DNA of 57,927 bases, the filler included, from Sphacelaria rigidula (Eukaryota): assembly GCA_964200075.2 (NCBI GenBank). It is 5 parts of 5 records of this genome, joined end to end, with 100 filler letters (N's around TTAATTAATTAA, not from the genome) between each part and the next. Parts side by side here need not be neighbours in the genome. Positions count along the whole stretch, not along the records: positions 1 to 11,506 come from CAXNAA020004850.1; positions 11,607 to 23,112 come from CAXNAA020004851.1; 3 more parts are not named here. The stretch is one strand, 5' to 3'. Below the pieces are notes generated by a model. It was not told where the DNA came from. It searched no databases and saw only the letters and a list, made by a program, of their open reading frames with translations. Each line of letters opens with the position of its first letter. The first letter of the stretch is position 1. Of this stretch, positions 1 to 11,919 are shown in pieces. The position numbers and the translations under genes are program-made.

Positions 1-112
1 GGTGTGGTGTGGTCGTGGGGGGGGGGGGGGTGGGGTTGGGTTGGCGCGTACTCATTTGATGCTTGCCTTAGTCGTTTGACCATTGACCACGCCCCGTCTC
101 GAAAGATCAATA

Positions 113-270
113 GTCAAACGACTAAGGCGAGCAACAAATGAGTACTCCCCCACCCGAAAATGATCGGAGGCACTTGCGGACGGTGCTTCCCTCGGGTTTT
201 TGTCGCATACTGGCTAGCCTCCGCAAACCTCATTTCATTGATCAACCTCATTTTAGAGAATCCCCTGTTA
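113..270 (+). repeat. Left arm of ~160-bp inverted repeat bracketing contig 1
   Basis: Reverse complement of 11340-11504 aligns with few mismatches (e.g. ggcacttgcggacggt-cttccctcgggtttttgtcgcatactggctagcctcc). Confidence 0.9.
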
Positions 271-290
271 TGTCTATTCAACAAGCGGCA

Positions 291-390
291 TCTTCACTTC
301 ACGTCATGGGGCAACCTTCTTCACTTCACGTCATGGGGCAACCTTCTTCATACTTCACTTCAATTCATGAGGCAACCTATCGTCACTTCA
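291..390 (+). repeat. 27-bp tandem repeat (2 exact plus degenerate copies)
   Basis: tcttcacttcacgtcatggggcaacct repeated. Confidence 0.85.
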
Positions 391-1522
391 CTGCGGGGGC
401 ATCGTGGCTTCTTCACGTTGGCAAATCCGGGATAATCAGTGCCGTTGCTCGGCAGCAGTAGACATAACGATTGTGTACGATATTGTAACTATACGGGGCT
501 CACGCCTTGATTTTGTTTTGTCCGCCCTTCAACTACTTTAGTGTTTCGTCGCGTTTGATTCCTCCCTTCACAGTGACCTATGGTTCTATTTTATTTTTGT
601 TTATCTTCCACTACTTCCGTCTTCTGGGGGGGAGGTTGGGATTAATTTCATGCATTTCATCTGTTCTTGCACAACGACCCTTATTTAATTAGTTGATGGG
701 ATATTTGATTCGTTAAGCCATGTTATATATACCCGTTTTTGTCCCGCTACTGTTACACCGGTGTCTCCTATCCCTGTGTGCCTCTTTTCGCTACAGTACT
801 TTTGAAAGCACCACCTTCCATGCTGCACAAAAACATCAGACGAGCCCGCACTAACACTACGTCCCCCCGTCCGCCCCTGCCGCTTTTGCTGTTCGATTTT
901 ACTCGCCCCGAACTCACCCGCGCCATGCTACGGCTCATATCAAGATCGTCGGTGTCGCACCATACCATGCCGATGACCGGGGACTTCCTCCCTCATTGCC
1001 ATTTCGTATGTGCGGACACCCACATATGTCTGATTACCATTCTTACTATATCTTTTCCTCACTACCTTTTCATTTTTCACTGCCTCCACAAGTTATCACA
1101 TGCCGCCCTTCGATGATTGATACAGATGTCTTCTCCCAACAACCACTACGATATCCACGGTAGCAGCACCAACGCCGCTTCTGCAAACAATCTACAGGGC
1201 AGCGACTCCCGCCGCCCATCAGCGGGTCGAGCAGGTGATCCAGGGGCTGCTGCGCCCCATCACCCCTATTACCTACGCAGCGGCGTACCCCCCGACATCC
1301 AGGGGAGCGGCAGTGGAGGTGGCGCTGCCGGGGATCTCGACCCCCGGGCGCACACCCCAGCACCGTGCACCATAGAAGCCACGAGGATCTCGACCGTCGC
1401 TCCCCATCGATGCACAACAAGCAGGACAGTCGGGATACCAGGCTCTCGACTTCCCGCTTTCGGAGCCGCCACCGCTCTCGTTCCCGATCACGGACAGAGC
1501 GCCCTTCTCGCTCTCGCCCCCG

Positions 1523-1626
1523 CCGCTACCGCTACCGCTACCGCTACCGCTACCGCTACCGCTACCGCTACCGCTACCGCTACCGCTACCGCTACCGCTA
1601 CCGCTACCGCTACCGCTACCGCTCCC
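1523..1626 (+). repeat. (GCTACC)n hexamer microsatellite, poly(Ala-Thr) in Gag frame
   Basis: About 17 perfect units seen directly. Confidence 0.95.
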
Positions 1627-4543
1627 GCTCTCGCTGCCGCCGCTACCGCCGAAATTCTCGATCGCCCTCCCGCAGCAGGCGTCAACACTATGCCATTAGG
1701 TGGGGATCCCGGGAACGTCGCCACCACCGGAGGGAGCAAAGGTCGTACCAGCAGCAGGCGGATGCCGGGTGGCTAAGGCGCTGGGGTTGTGAAGCACTAG
1801 GAGCAGCAGTTGGAGCTGCGGTTCAAGGTCTGGAATCTAACCAGCTATCGAAGGTGAGCGAACAGGTACGTAGGCGTATTACGCGCGGTCGATCATGCCC
1901 AGTGAACGCAGGACCAAGTGCGGGGAAACTATCGGTTGTCATCAGCGCTGTCTTGCTGCAACACCGGATATGGTCGACGCTGCGTGCAATGGACCAGGGA
2001 GTCTTGAAACTGCCGGAGGATGAATACGTCAAGTAAGTGGATAACCCAGACAGATCAGTACTCCGCCCGCCGGCGCGAACTCCTAATCGAGCTGCTGGCG
2101 GAAACTAGTGATACGTTCACGTCCCTAACCTCAGCGGCTCGAGTAGAAGTTTGTCGTATCACGGGCGAAACCGATACCGTCCCACATGAATCCGTTACTA
2201 TGACCGACTCGCTATGGATCCTCGTCGGTGGGGAAGTGATGACGAACAGGGCCACGAAGTTTATACACGCTGCACTCGACTCCATCACCGTAGGACCCAA
2301 CGAATCGTGGAGTGCGGGAGCGGAACGGGTGTTGCTAGCATTTCGCGCGAGTTCAGCAAACCCGGACCGACCATACAGTACTGAAGCCACGTATTTCTGG
2401 CGATTCATCTCCGCCCGGCAGCTAAGCGAGCTTTACGATCGTACTATCCGAGTCGTTTCACCTAACCCGGTTGATAGGCTAGGTCTAATGTCGATCCTCC
2501 ATGAAAAAACACACGCTATCTGGGCCAGGCTGCAGCCTCTGAGGAGCGACTGGCACAGTCCAATGGGGTTAGGAATGCAAAGAAGGGGAGACGTAGCCAA
2601 GAGTCTGTACCAGAACTTCATACGTATCGTGTGCGCCCGCAACATGGTATACAGCGACGACATTCACGCTCGCCCCCAAACGCGTACTATCAACCACATC
2701 GCAGGACCTGACAGACTATTTTCACTTGAGGAAGTAAGGAACTTGCTACAGTCGCCCACGAAGGTCGCCGCCATGCTCCAGCAAGCTAACCTGGGGTCAC
2801 CTCCCTCCCCCGGAGTGCTGCCCGCCCTGTCAGCCCCTGCTGCGTTCTCTAGACCCCAGGCGTTAGGCGGCCACCAGTCGGCAGCAACTTCCGTCGTGGC
2901 TTTCAAGAACCACCTGGCGGCCTCACCGGTCTCACACGGCGTGCCCTTCATGCAGCAAGGTTCGACGCCCATCAACCCCGACCCTCGCGTCACGACTCCG
3001 AATCATACCGCCGCACCCCGCGCGGTAGATTTGCAGCACAAAGACCCGTCACCGCGATCTGGGAGCGCTTCGCCGTCACCGACACCCGCCGCATCCGGCC
3101 AGCCAGTTGGACCTGCCTCGACTCCCAAGCCATCCATACCGCCGATTGCGGCGGGACGTGACGCAGTGGTCACCCTCTTACATGATCGTGAAATCTGCTT
3201 CGGTTACGCATTCACCGGCTCGTGCCGTCACCAGGGCAACACCCCTTGTCCATGTACGCACGGTATCATCCCGGCCGCACACTACAGCGGCCTACCGGCC
3301 CGCCACAAGACGGCCATTCCCCAACGCCGGCTAGCCGCGCTCACGGAGGCATAATACTTGGCAGCAATCGACCTGGGTCTCGCCGGCGAAGGCCAAGACG
3401 ACGACGTCGAAGATATGCTAAGCGCATCCGTGAGCGAGGCCGCCGCTGGCGACACTCGAGCCGATGCGTGAAGACGCGCCCCGGGTGCAAATGACCTGGG
3501 GAACATACGCGGACCCAGCGCCACCACAATACCCCAGCGTCGCGGAAGCCAACTTTGGGTGACGGGCGAGATCTGGCACCGACGGCGTCTCCGTCGGCCG
3601 TGGCCGACAGAAGTCTTGTTGAACACGGGAGCGGGAGGTGGCAACTATATGTCAGGAGCGTTGTGCCGCAGCTTACGCAAGGCCAACATCTTGGGAAATA
3701 CGCCCAACCCTGAGGCGGCAGGTGTTCTCTGTGCAGCTAACCCATCCCAGAGTAAAGTCCGCCCAATGCGCATAGTCGGTTTCGTAACTGTGCCCTTGCT
3801 TTTAACCTCCGACTCACGGATCCGTAATGTACCATTACAAGAAGTGGAGGGCCTGCCGTACGGCTTCATTTTAGGTGCATATTATTTCCGGTACAATAAC
3901 AGTATTCTAGATTTCGTTCCAGAAAAAGGGTTCCGCCCCTCGCCAGCGGCGCCGTGGATCCCGTTCCTAACGTGCGAAAATCCTACCTACCACATTCAAG
4001 AAATATTAGTAACTCTGAACACCAAGATGGAAAGCACCGCCTCCCTAGCTGCGCCCGCTTGTCCGCCCATCCACAACTACTCCAGCTACCGTGAAATAGC
4101 TTGAGAAGACGACAGCAGCCTCGAGTAGAAGCTGCGCTTGGTCGGACAAACGACCATGCTCAGCGGCTTCGTCAGCGCCGCGGTAGCAACAGTCGCGATC
4201 GGTCCTCAACCACAGGATAGGCAGCTTGTGCTTCTACTCCCACAGGCAAAGTTCGATCTGGACAAGGGAGCAAAGGTGGGGATCGCAAAGGGAGTATCGT
4301 GGTGGCAGCCGGGGTCACCGGTGTACTGTAAATTTGTAAATAGAAGTAAGGAGCAGGTAGCGGTGAAGCCTACTGGCACTGTCGCGCGTATGATAACACT
4401 GAACATACGCGACCCCGCCAGGTTTCACTCAGTGTTTGACCCACATCCGTCTACGACAGACCCCTCCGTGGACCCCCCAACGCGCGCCTCACGTCCAGAC
4501 AGTAGTTGCCCGGCCCAACCAAACCCCAAGGTCAACGTGACGG

Positions 4544-4794
4544 GAGTCATCCTACGAGAGGGGGGGGGAGTATTTTGGGCCACTTCTTGCACGAAATTCC
4601 AAGGCATATCGCCGTTGAGATCAACAACGGTCGCTCGAGCGAGCTTGTTGTACATAAATAACGCTCATTTATAACGATTGACACCGTTCTGAACCAAATA
4701 CAAGCACATCTCGAGTGTGGCAAGTCGTCTGACATACTTTTGAGCCTTTTTTTTCGTGCAATCAAACACCCCCCTCCCTATCGTAGGATGACCC
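4544..4794. mobile_element. 251-bp MITE inserted in gypsy pol, 4-bp TSD (Sola-like by TSD/terminus)
   Basis: TIRs gagtcatcctacgagagggg / ccctatcgtaggatgaccc; TSD ACGG at 4540-4543 and 4795-4798; removal restores frame PKVNVT-DANMGQL. Confidence 0.85.
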
Positions 4795-7700
4795 ACGGAC
4801 GCCAACATGGGCCAGCTTGGAGCAGGGGAAAAGAGAGAGCTGGTAGACACGCTGCTCAGCTTTATCGAAGCTGGATTGTTCCCCACAGACCCCAAGTGGG
4901 TTCCCCCTTCTATCAACGGGTGAGCTCGAACTCCCCCTCACTAACGAGTCATGTACGCCATTCGTAGCTAAGCAACGCCGGTTTTCCCCGGAGGAACGTC
5001 ACATGATCCGCGAAGAGATGCACAAGCTCCTTGCTCGCGGGATCATTCGACCCTCGACCTCCCCGTGGGCAGCCCAATACCTATGCATGAAAAACAAAAG
5101 ACGGCACCTTGCGCTCGTGCATTGATTGGCGTGAACTGAAGAAACTCCCAGTGTCTGACAGTGGGGGTCTCGGGGATATACAATCCATTTTCGACGGCCT
5201 CAAAGGTAAGCGTTACTTCGACCAACTTGACATTGCCTCCGGTTTTCACCAAATCGAGATCGCGGAGAAAGACCGCTTCAGGACGGCATTCCGAGATGCA
5301 GATGGCCTCTTACACAAGCTTACACGAGCAGGCTTTGGTCAGACAACTCTACCCGCCGCGTTCACCCGTCGGGTAAAAGGTACGGTGAGACAGTTGGATG
5401 GGGTGCTCACCTGGCTTGACGACATCCTCATCGCGACCATATCCTGGGACGAGTATCTAGCTCTGCTCGTGATCGTGTTACAACGCTTGTTGGTCGCGGG
5501 ATTCTCGATGAACTTCGCCAAGTGCATTTTTGCATCGGCGTCGCAAGAGTTTCTGGGCATGCTGGTAGATAGCAGTGGCCTTCAACCCGCGCGCCGCTAT
5601 CGCTGAAATGCCCAGACTATCCACCGTCGAGGAACTACGTACTTTCCTCGGCCTCACAAGTACCTGCGCCAGTTCGTCGAGAGATAAAGCATAGTAGCCG
5701 CCCCACTAATCGACCTGCTCCGCAACAAAAAATTCGCAATCAAGCGAGCACGAAAGCTGTCCATAACGTGGAATATCGGGTAGGAGGAGGCATTCCAAGC
5801 CCTCAAAGCAGCCTTGTCCTCGCCGACGGTACTAGCCTTTCCCGATCCCAACAACGCGTTTGTACTACAGACAGACACAAGCGAGGTGGGTGCTGGGGCG
5901 GTGCGGGTGCAGCCGGTGGGGTGCAAAACACGCGCATCGTATCATTTGGCAGCCAGCGATTCTCTCGCAACGACTCGCGCAGAGCACTCACACCACGAGA
6001 GTGCATGGCTGTCTTGTGGACTGTCCAACACTCTAGATCATACTTAGCTTGAAGAAGGTTCACCTTAATCACTGACTGTTCGGTACTCATATGGTTGTTC
6101 CGTAGCCGCGATTTCTGCCCCAAGCTACACAGGAGGGCCCTGCGGCTAATGGAGTATGACATTGACCTCCAGTGGCGAGGAGGGTCTCAACATGTGCTGC
6201 CACATATGCATTGTCCCGACTCCCATACGCGAGTGAGCCACAGCCCGACATTGATGACTCCTTTCCGGACGATTTCTCGTCAGGCTCGCCGACAGAATTT
6301 GTAGGCCCACGGGGACCACAACTCGCAGGACAACGACTGTCGAAACTACAACCAGAAGGAGCGGGTACGTCAGTGAGCGCAGACACAAGTATGCACTCAT
6401 CGTTGAACTCCAACAACCCACCGGACATCGCAACCCTGAGGTTACTCCCTTTCTCAGAGTGCGCAGTCATCACCGATAACCAACCTGTGCGCCGTTCGAC
6501 TCGTACTCGCAGACCGTCAGTACTGCCTGCAACCCCCGATGTTGCGTATACAACATCCCTGCCCTTCACTCCTCAAGTGGTTGCCCCAAATCCGCCCGCA
6601 GAGCCAACACTGATCAAAGTACCGCTACAGGTGCCGACACCGATCGGTCCGCCGACAACAGGTGAGAGGGTAGAAGTGGGTGAAGTGCTCCTAGCTGGGG
6701 GAGAGATGCCAACGGAGTTAGCGGATCCGGACCTGACGGACACAACGGCGAACGCTCATGCACTACGGATACTCACCGACGTGAGCAATCTCCGGCATCA
6801 CCAACAAGGGGATTCCTTTCTCAAACAGGTACAGTCAGGTCTTGCAGGCAGTGAAACACCAGAGATGGTGGATGAGAGACGGTCAGACTACAAAGTAGAC
6901 GAGCGAGGTATGCTGTGGAACCGAGCAGGCGACGATAAGGAGCTGCTAGCTGTCCCGAAAACGATAGTAGCTGACTTGTTGGCACTCGTGCATGCACTCC
7001 ATGGACATGCTGGAGCAGGCGCTACCCTTGCTCTGATGTGCGACCGCTTCTATTAGCCTACTATGACGCGTGACACCAGACAGTTCGTGCTGTCGTGCTG
7101 TAGACGACGCAAGAAGGCAAGCAGCCGTCAAATGGCGATGAGACCGGGGCGCATTCTACACCCATGGGCCGAGTTAGAAATCGACTTACTAACCATTGAT
7201 GTGATGTCGCACTCGCGCAACAAGTACATTCTGCTGGTACTTGACCGAGCCTCCCGATCCCCGTTCGAGTTTCCTCTGCCATCAAAGGAAGCGGACGAGA
7301 TCGCACGCATCCTAGCAGAGTTATGCCTAACTTTTCGTGTCCCACAAATGGTCCGACGCGACAGGGGCAAAGAGTTCATGGCCGATGTCGTCACGCATCT
7401 GTGCAGGTGGTTGAAGGCGGACACCGCCTTTGGGCCGTCAGACCACCCACGCGGTCAGGGAGCGGTCGGGCGACTTGGGGGATGGCTGTTAGACACGCTA
7501 TCGGAACTATGTAGGCTGTGGCCCCAGAGGTGGGATGAATATGTCTCACCCGCCCTCTGGATCAAGTGCATATTGTCCGACACATCGCTCCCCTCTAACA
7601 TGTCCTGTTTTGAGCTGCTGTTCGGCCGCAAACCGCGCACATCGCTAGACTCGCTCGTGCCCCTCTCACAAGAAGCAGAACCGAGCAAGGGACTAGATGA

Positions 7701-9782
7701 CTTCGTTGAACAGCGCAAACAGAACCTCCGCGAGGTAAGGATGGCGATGGACAAACGGCAGGGGGCAAAAGCAGCGTCGCGGAAGAAGGGCAATGCAGCC
7801 ATCTGGAGACCATCAGTAGGCGTGCCGGTCACGGAAGGGGATCTGGTAATGGTGAAGGAGAGTGGGAGCTCCACGTATCGAGTGGCAGGGGTAGGAAGCT
7901 GCAGCACGACAGGAATACGGGACCTTGGATGGTGAAAAAGGTGCTGATGGTCGGACACAGTCTCGAGGGAGTGACGCAAGGACGAAAACTACTTACTCGC
8001 ATAGTAGCCCCGTCTGATGTCAAACCGTACCATGTACGGCCGCCGTACTTGAGGCACTCCATTGCCGACGAGTTCGCCCAGTTTGCATGGGGATCGGACT
8101 TCAAGATATCGTCTTCTCCTAACCCCACAACCCGCCTCCTTACCCCAGTGAACCGCCGCGAGGGTAAATCAGGGAAAGGAAGTGCAGGTTGGGAATACCA
8201 AGAAAGGACTCAGGAGGGGGCGACGTCGGAGTGGCTTCCGGAAAGCAGGTCTGGGAAAGCTTCACACCTCTGCGACTGGATGGGCTTCACGCACGCTGGT
8301 ACCTCTACCACCCAGCCGAGATACCAAGTACGCCGTCTCGCCCGAGCATACGCCATGCCCCCCTCTCACGCAGTGATGCCCTGAACTTGTTCCCCATAGG
8401 TTTCACGTTCTGGAAGAATTTCGGTGAGGTCAAGCAGAAGGGACAAGTGTTCGACTACGGCAAGCGCTTCTGGAGAGTGCGATACGACGACGGGGACTGG
8501 GAGGAGTTGTCACGAAGAGAACTCCAACAGCTAGCGCAGTCGAGCGAGACGGCAACACCGCCAGTCACGAGCTAGGAAGCGGCGTGATGGAAAAGTAAAT
8601 AAATAAAGAGAACGGCACTAGATGGGATAAAGCTTTGAGTATCAACCGTCTAACACAGTACCTTGAGAGTGTGCAGTCTGCATCCTTTTGTTTCCGGTTT
8701 TCGTTTTTTTTATTTATATATATAGTTTTGGGAAGGATATACGAGTCATTTCTTGAGTCTCTTTTGTTTTCTTCCTTTCTTCGCTCCCTTCCCCCTTCTT
8801 TTATATAGATATACACTTATGGCGGATGGATCTTGTTAGATCAGCCGTTTCTTTGTCTGCCCTGGGTTTCATAGCCTCTTTTGCTTGTTTCCTATGGCCA
8901 TTTTTTGTCCCATAGCGCCTACGCGGCTCCTCTGTTTCTTCACAGCTTGGTTTTCTCGTCCTGAATGGATGCGGAGTTGCGGTGCCCTTTTTCTCGCTGT
9001 GTAATATTGCTTCATATATATATATATATATATATATCCCTTTTTCTCTCTCTTTTTTTATATATTATTTCCTCTGTGGTCAGTCCTAGTTCCGACTCAT
9101 GTTTTTTTCCTTTTTGTCTCCGTGAATGCGGATCCGACTTCAGGGTGCTCCACTCTTTTCGAGTAGGAAACTTCATGTCGTAGAATTAGCATTGTACAAG
9201 AAGGGTGGGCACCGTGTACCTGCCTGGACATTGTATCGAGACAAAATTCTTGATCTGAGATGTAAGAACCCCCGGTATCCAGTAGGTCAGCGGTTGCTGG
9301 TCGACGGGTGAAGAGCCTACGCACTCCCATCAGCCAGCAAACGTATTGGGGCTTTTTTAGTGGGCCAGCTTTTTTCGAGTCCCAAACTACCCAGGGTTGG
9401 TGTAATCAATCAGGGGTGTCTACGCGCCGTTACCACTTGAAAATAGTTTTTGAATATCCTCAGTGGTTTCTGTTTCCAGTGTAACTGGGATCCCGGGACG
9501 ACATAGTACATGCGAAAGCACTCGCTATAATTCGAAAGGGCGTGGGAGATTATTTCCCCAAACAATGAGGCTTTTCCCCTGAATACCAGTTTCGGCCTAT
9601 CTTGTGATTTCAAGACGAGGTTTTCCCGTGGTCATCGCTAGCCCTGAAACTCCACGGTTTTCTTGTCTTTGGCGTAATATAAGGCTGATGGCATGTATCT
9701 GAGTGGATTTTCCCCGGTATGAAATAAGCCGTGACACTCCCTACTTTGCATTGAGCAGCGCGCACAAAGCAAGAGAGGGGGA

Positions 9783-9956
9783 TGTTACGGCGGATACCAG
9801 TCGCTTATATAGAAGGCGTTCTCGATGTGCGTAATATGAGCGATAGGTCGTAATCCAGTTGTACGTTATTCGGATTATATTCCAGTCGGGTTTCGCAGTA
9901 CGGTAGTACACCCCGGCCGGTCAATCGTTTTTAGCTACCTAGAAAGTCTAATAACA
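9783..9956 (+). mobile_element. Candidate 3' LTR of the gypsy element (174 bp)
   Basis: Polypurine tract AAGAGAGGGGGA (9771-9782) directly followed by TGTTA...TAACA inverted termini. No matching 5' LTR seen in the contig, so the right boundary is unconfirmed. Confidence 0.6.
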
Positions 9957-10611
9957 AAGCTATCAGCCACCACCTGGAGACATCTCACTTGCAAACAAGT
10001 CAAAAGCACTCTTCTGCACGTGAAAGTGAGTCCTGTTTGGTCTTATGATGCAGCGCTGATCGGACTCAAGGGTCTATTAGCCACGAGTTCGAGGTTCACT
10101 CCTCTCGGCTGCGATCGTTCATTGCGGCCAGCCGCTGGCTTCGTGCCACCCCTGGCCTGGTATGTTCCTTGAGAGTGATACCAGTATCACCTCGTGGCCA
10201 GACCACGACAGATGTAACGAAGTCCGTCACGTTCCGAATGTAGGCATCTGGTTTGGAACGTATCACGGTAGAAAGAAGGCGGGCAAGGGGCAAAGCAAAG
10301 GAAGATAGAGACGTGAACAAGCGTGCAGGCTGGAGATTGCACTGAGGCATGTTGGAAGCAAAAACAAAAACTGCCACCGATGAAAGCAAGCATTGAAGGT
10401 GGGAGAGGGCAGGATGAAAGTGGGACTATACATGGTGGAGAGGGGATTGAATGGGGAAAAGGAATGTGTAGTTATGATTCTTACCATAAACGGTGATTCA
10501 GTTTCCGGCTCCGCTTCTGGTAGCCGTGGGTCGGGTACCGTGTAGGGTAGGACTAGGTTTCTTCTTTCCGGGTGGAGAGTCGGTTTTGCTTGGTGGCGTC
10601 ACGGGGTCGCC

Positions 10612-11288
10612 TCAGGGAGAGGAGGGAGAGTAAGTATTGACTCGCAGTACTTTCCGAGGTGTGAAGTTGTCGTTTCTCGAGGCAAACGCCTCTTTCTCCT
10701 GCAACAAGTTCCGTTGGAAATCCGACAGGAGCTCGGCCCGGGTCTCGCAGAAGCAGTCATGACACGTTATACATTCTGGGTCATGATCCCCCGCCGACAG
10801 GTCAAACAGGTTTTTTTTTTGGCAGAGGTGGCTTTGCATTCGTAGCAAGGGTGAGTGTTCTCGTCCGCTCTGACGAGGGTCTTTGCGCAGGAGCGGCCGT
10901 CGGCGTTGGCGTATACCCTGTCTTTACCGCCGTTGGGGTCGGCCATGCGGTTGTACGGAGTGCTGATCCCGATGTCCACGCCACACGCAAGGCAGAGGAA
11001 GGGGACCTGTTTCCTGGCGCCCTTCAGGGCTGGCTTTGTCTCCTGGGATACAGACACGTGGGTAGTACACACGGAGCACCTGTCGATGTTGAACGAATTG
11101 GGAGAAGGACGAAGGGACGGTTGGGGAAAGTTTAGCGAGGAAAGTACGGAAGGAAACATAGTGTACTGTGGGCGAATGCGTGATGAACGGGTCTTCAAGG
11201 CAACGATGTCAAGTATAATAGGTGGAAAAGAAAGGAAGTGGGATAATAGGTTGCTTTCGGTAATCAGGTTACTCCTCGATGAACTCAC
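10612..11288 (-). pseudogene. Cys-rich putative zinc-binding ORF, frameshifted at a homopolymer (10811-10820)
   Basis: CSVC, CLAC, CYEC in 10767..11288 then CITCHDC and a helical tail in 10612..10848; no family recognised. Confidence 0.45.
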
Positions 11289-11339
11289 GGTGGAAAAACC
11301 ACCAGCCTGTCAGTAACTGTGGTATTCTATACAAGCGAG

Positions 11340-11504
11340 TAACAGGGGATTCTATAAATTGAGGTTAATCAATGAAATGAGGTTCGAGGAGGCTAGCCAG
11401 TATGCGACAAAAACCCGAGGGAAGTACCGTCCGCAAGTGCCTTCGAACATTTTCGGGGGGGGGGGGGGGGCATACTCATTTGTTGCTTGCCTCAGTCGTT
11501 TGAC
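11340..11504 (-). repeat. Right arm of ~160-bp inverted repeat bracketing contig 1
   Basis: Inverted match to 113-270; runs into the contig end. Confidence 0.9.
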
Positions 11505-11506
11505 CG

Positions 11507-11606
11507 NNNNNNNNNNNNNNNNNNNNNNNNNNNNNNNNNNNNNNNNNNNNTTAATTAATTAANNNNNNNNNNNNNNNNNNNNNNNNNNNNNNNNNNNNNN
11601 NNNNNN
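11507..11606. other. Artificial contig linker N44-TTAATTAATTAA-N44
   Basis: Identical 100-bp spacer with six-frame stop at all four joins. Confidence 0.99.
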
Positions 11607-11919
11607 CCATAAAAGTGGGTCTAAGGAGGCATACATAATTTGAGCTTTGAAATAATCAACACAGCATCTTTTTTTCATGTTCGAGCTGGCAGTGAAAAGT
11701 CACGCGGACTCGACCACGCGACGAGTAGTGAGAGATAAGAGAGAGGGCGACATCGTGTTACTGTTGTACTGCTGACTGTATTCCGGGTTGGTTGTGCTGG
11801 CTCTGATTGAAAGTGTGATCCAAGTCACCACGGTCGGGGTGGTCATGTGGCACAGGCCAGCCGCACGTGTTTTTGCCATTATCCAAGGGTATACATATCT
11901 TTTTTCCCGTAACATTATA

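Larger units (their letters stand above)
1126..8575 (+). pseudogene. Ty3/gypsy gag-pol polyprotein, decayed (many stops and frameshifts)
   Basis: Domain order Gag (1126-3354), protease VLLNTGAG (D->N, ~3613), RT (IIRPSTSPWAAQ, LRSCIDWREL, LDIASGFHQI, WLDDILI; ~5040-5580), RNaseH (FVLQTDTSEVGAGAV, RECMAVLW, FTLITDC; ~5860-6170), integrase (HALHGH..CC, WAELEIDL, RRDRGKEF, HPRGQGAVGR; ~6990-7630). PR-RT-RH-IN order is diagnostic of Ty3/gypsy. Confidence 0.95.

Noticed and set aside
1365-1780. Arg-Tyr/RS-rich protein ORF
   Set aside because: Alternative frame of the (GCTACC)n microsatellite in gag.
113-11504. DIRS/Ngaro element
   Set aside because: Has a protease and DDE-type integrase; no tyrosine recombinase seen.
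11551-11562. TTAATTAATTAA recurring every ~11.6 kb as a biological periodicity
   Set aside because: Artificial linker between size-sorted contigs; cross-contig neighbourhoods carry no meaning.
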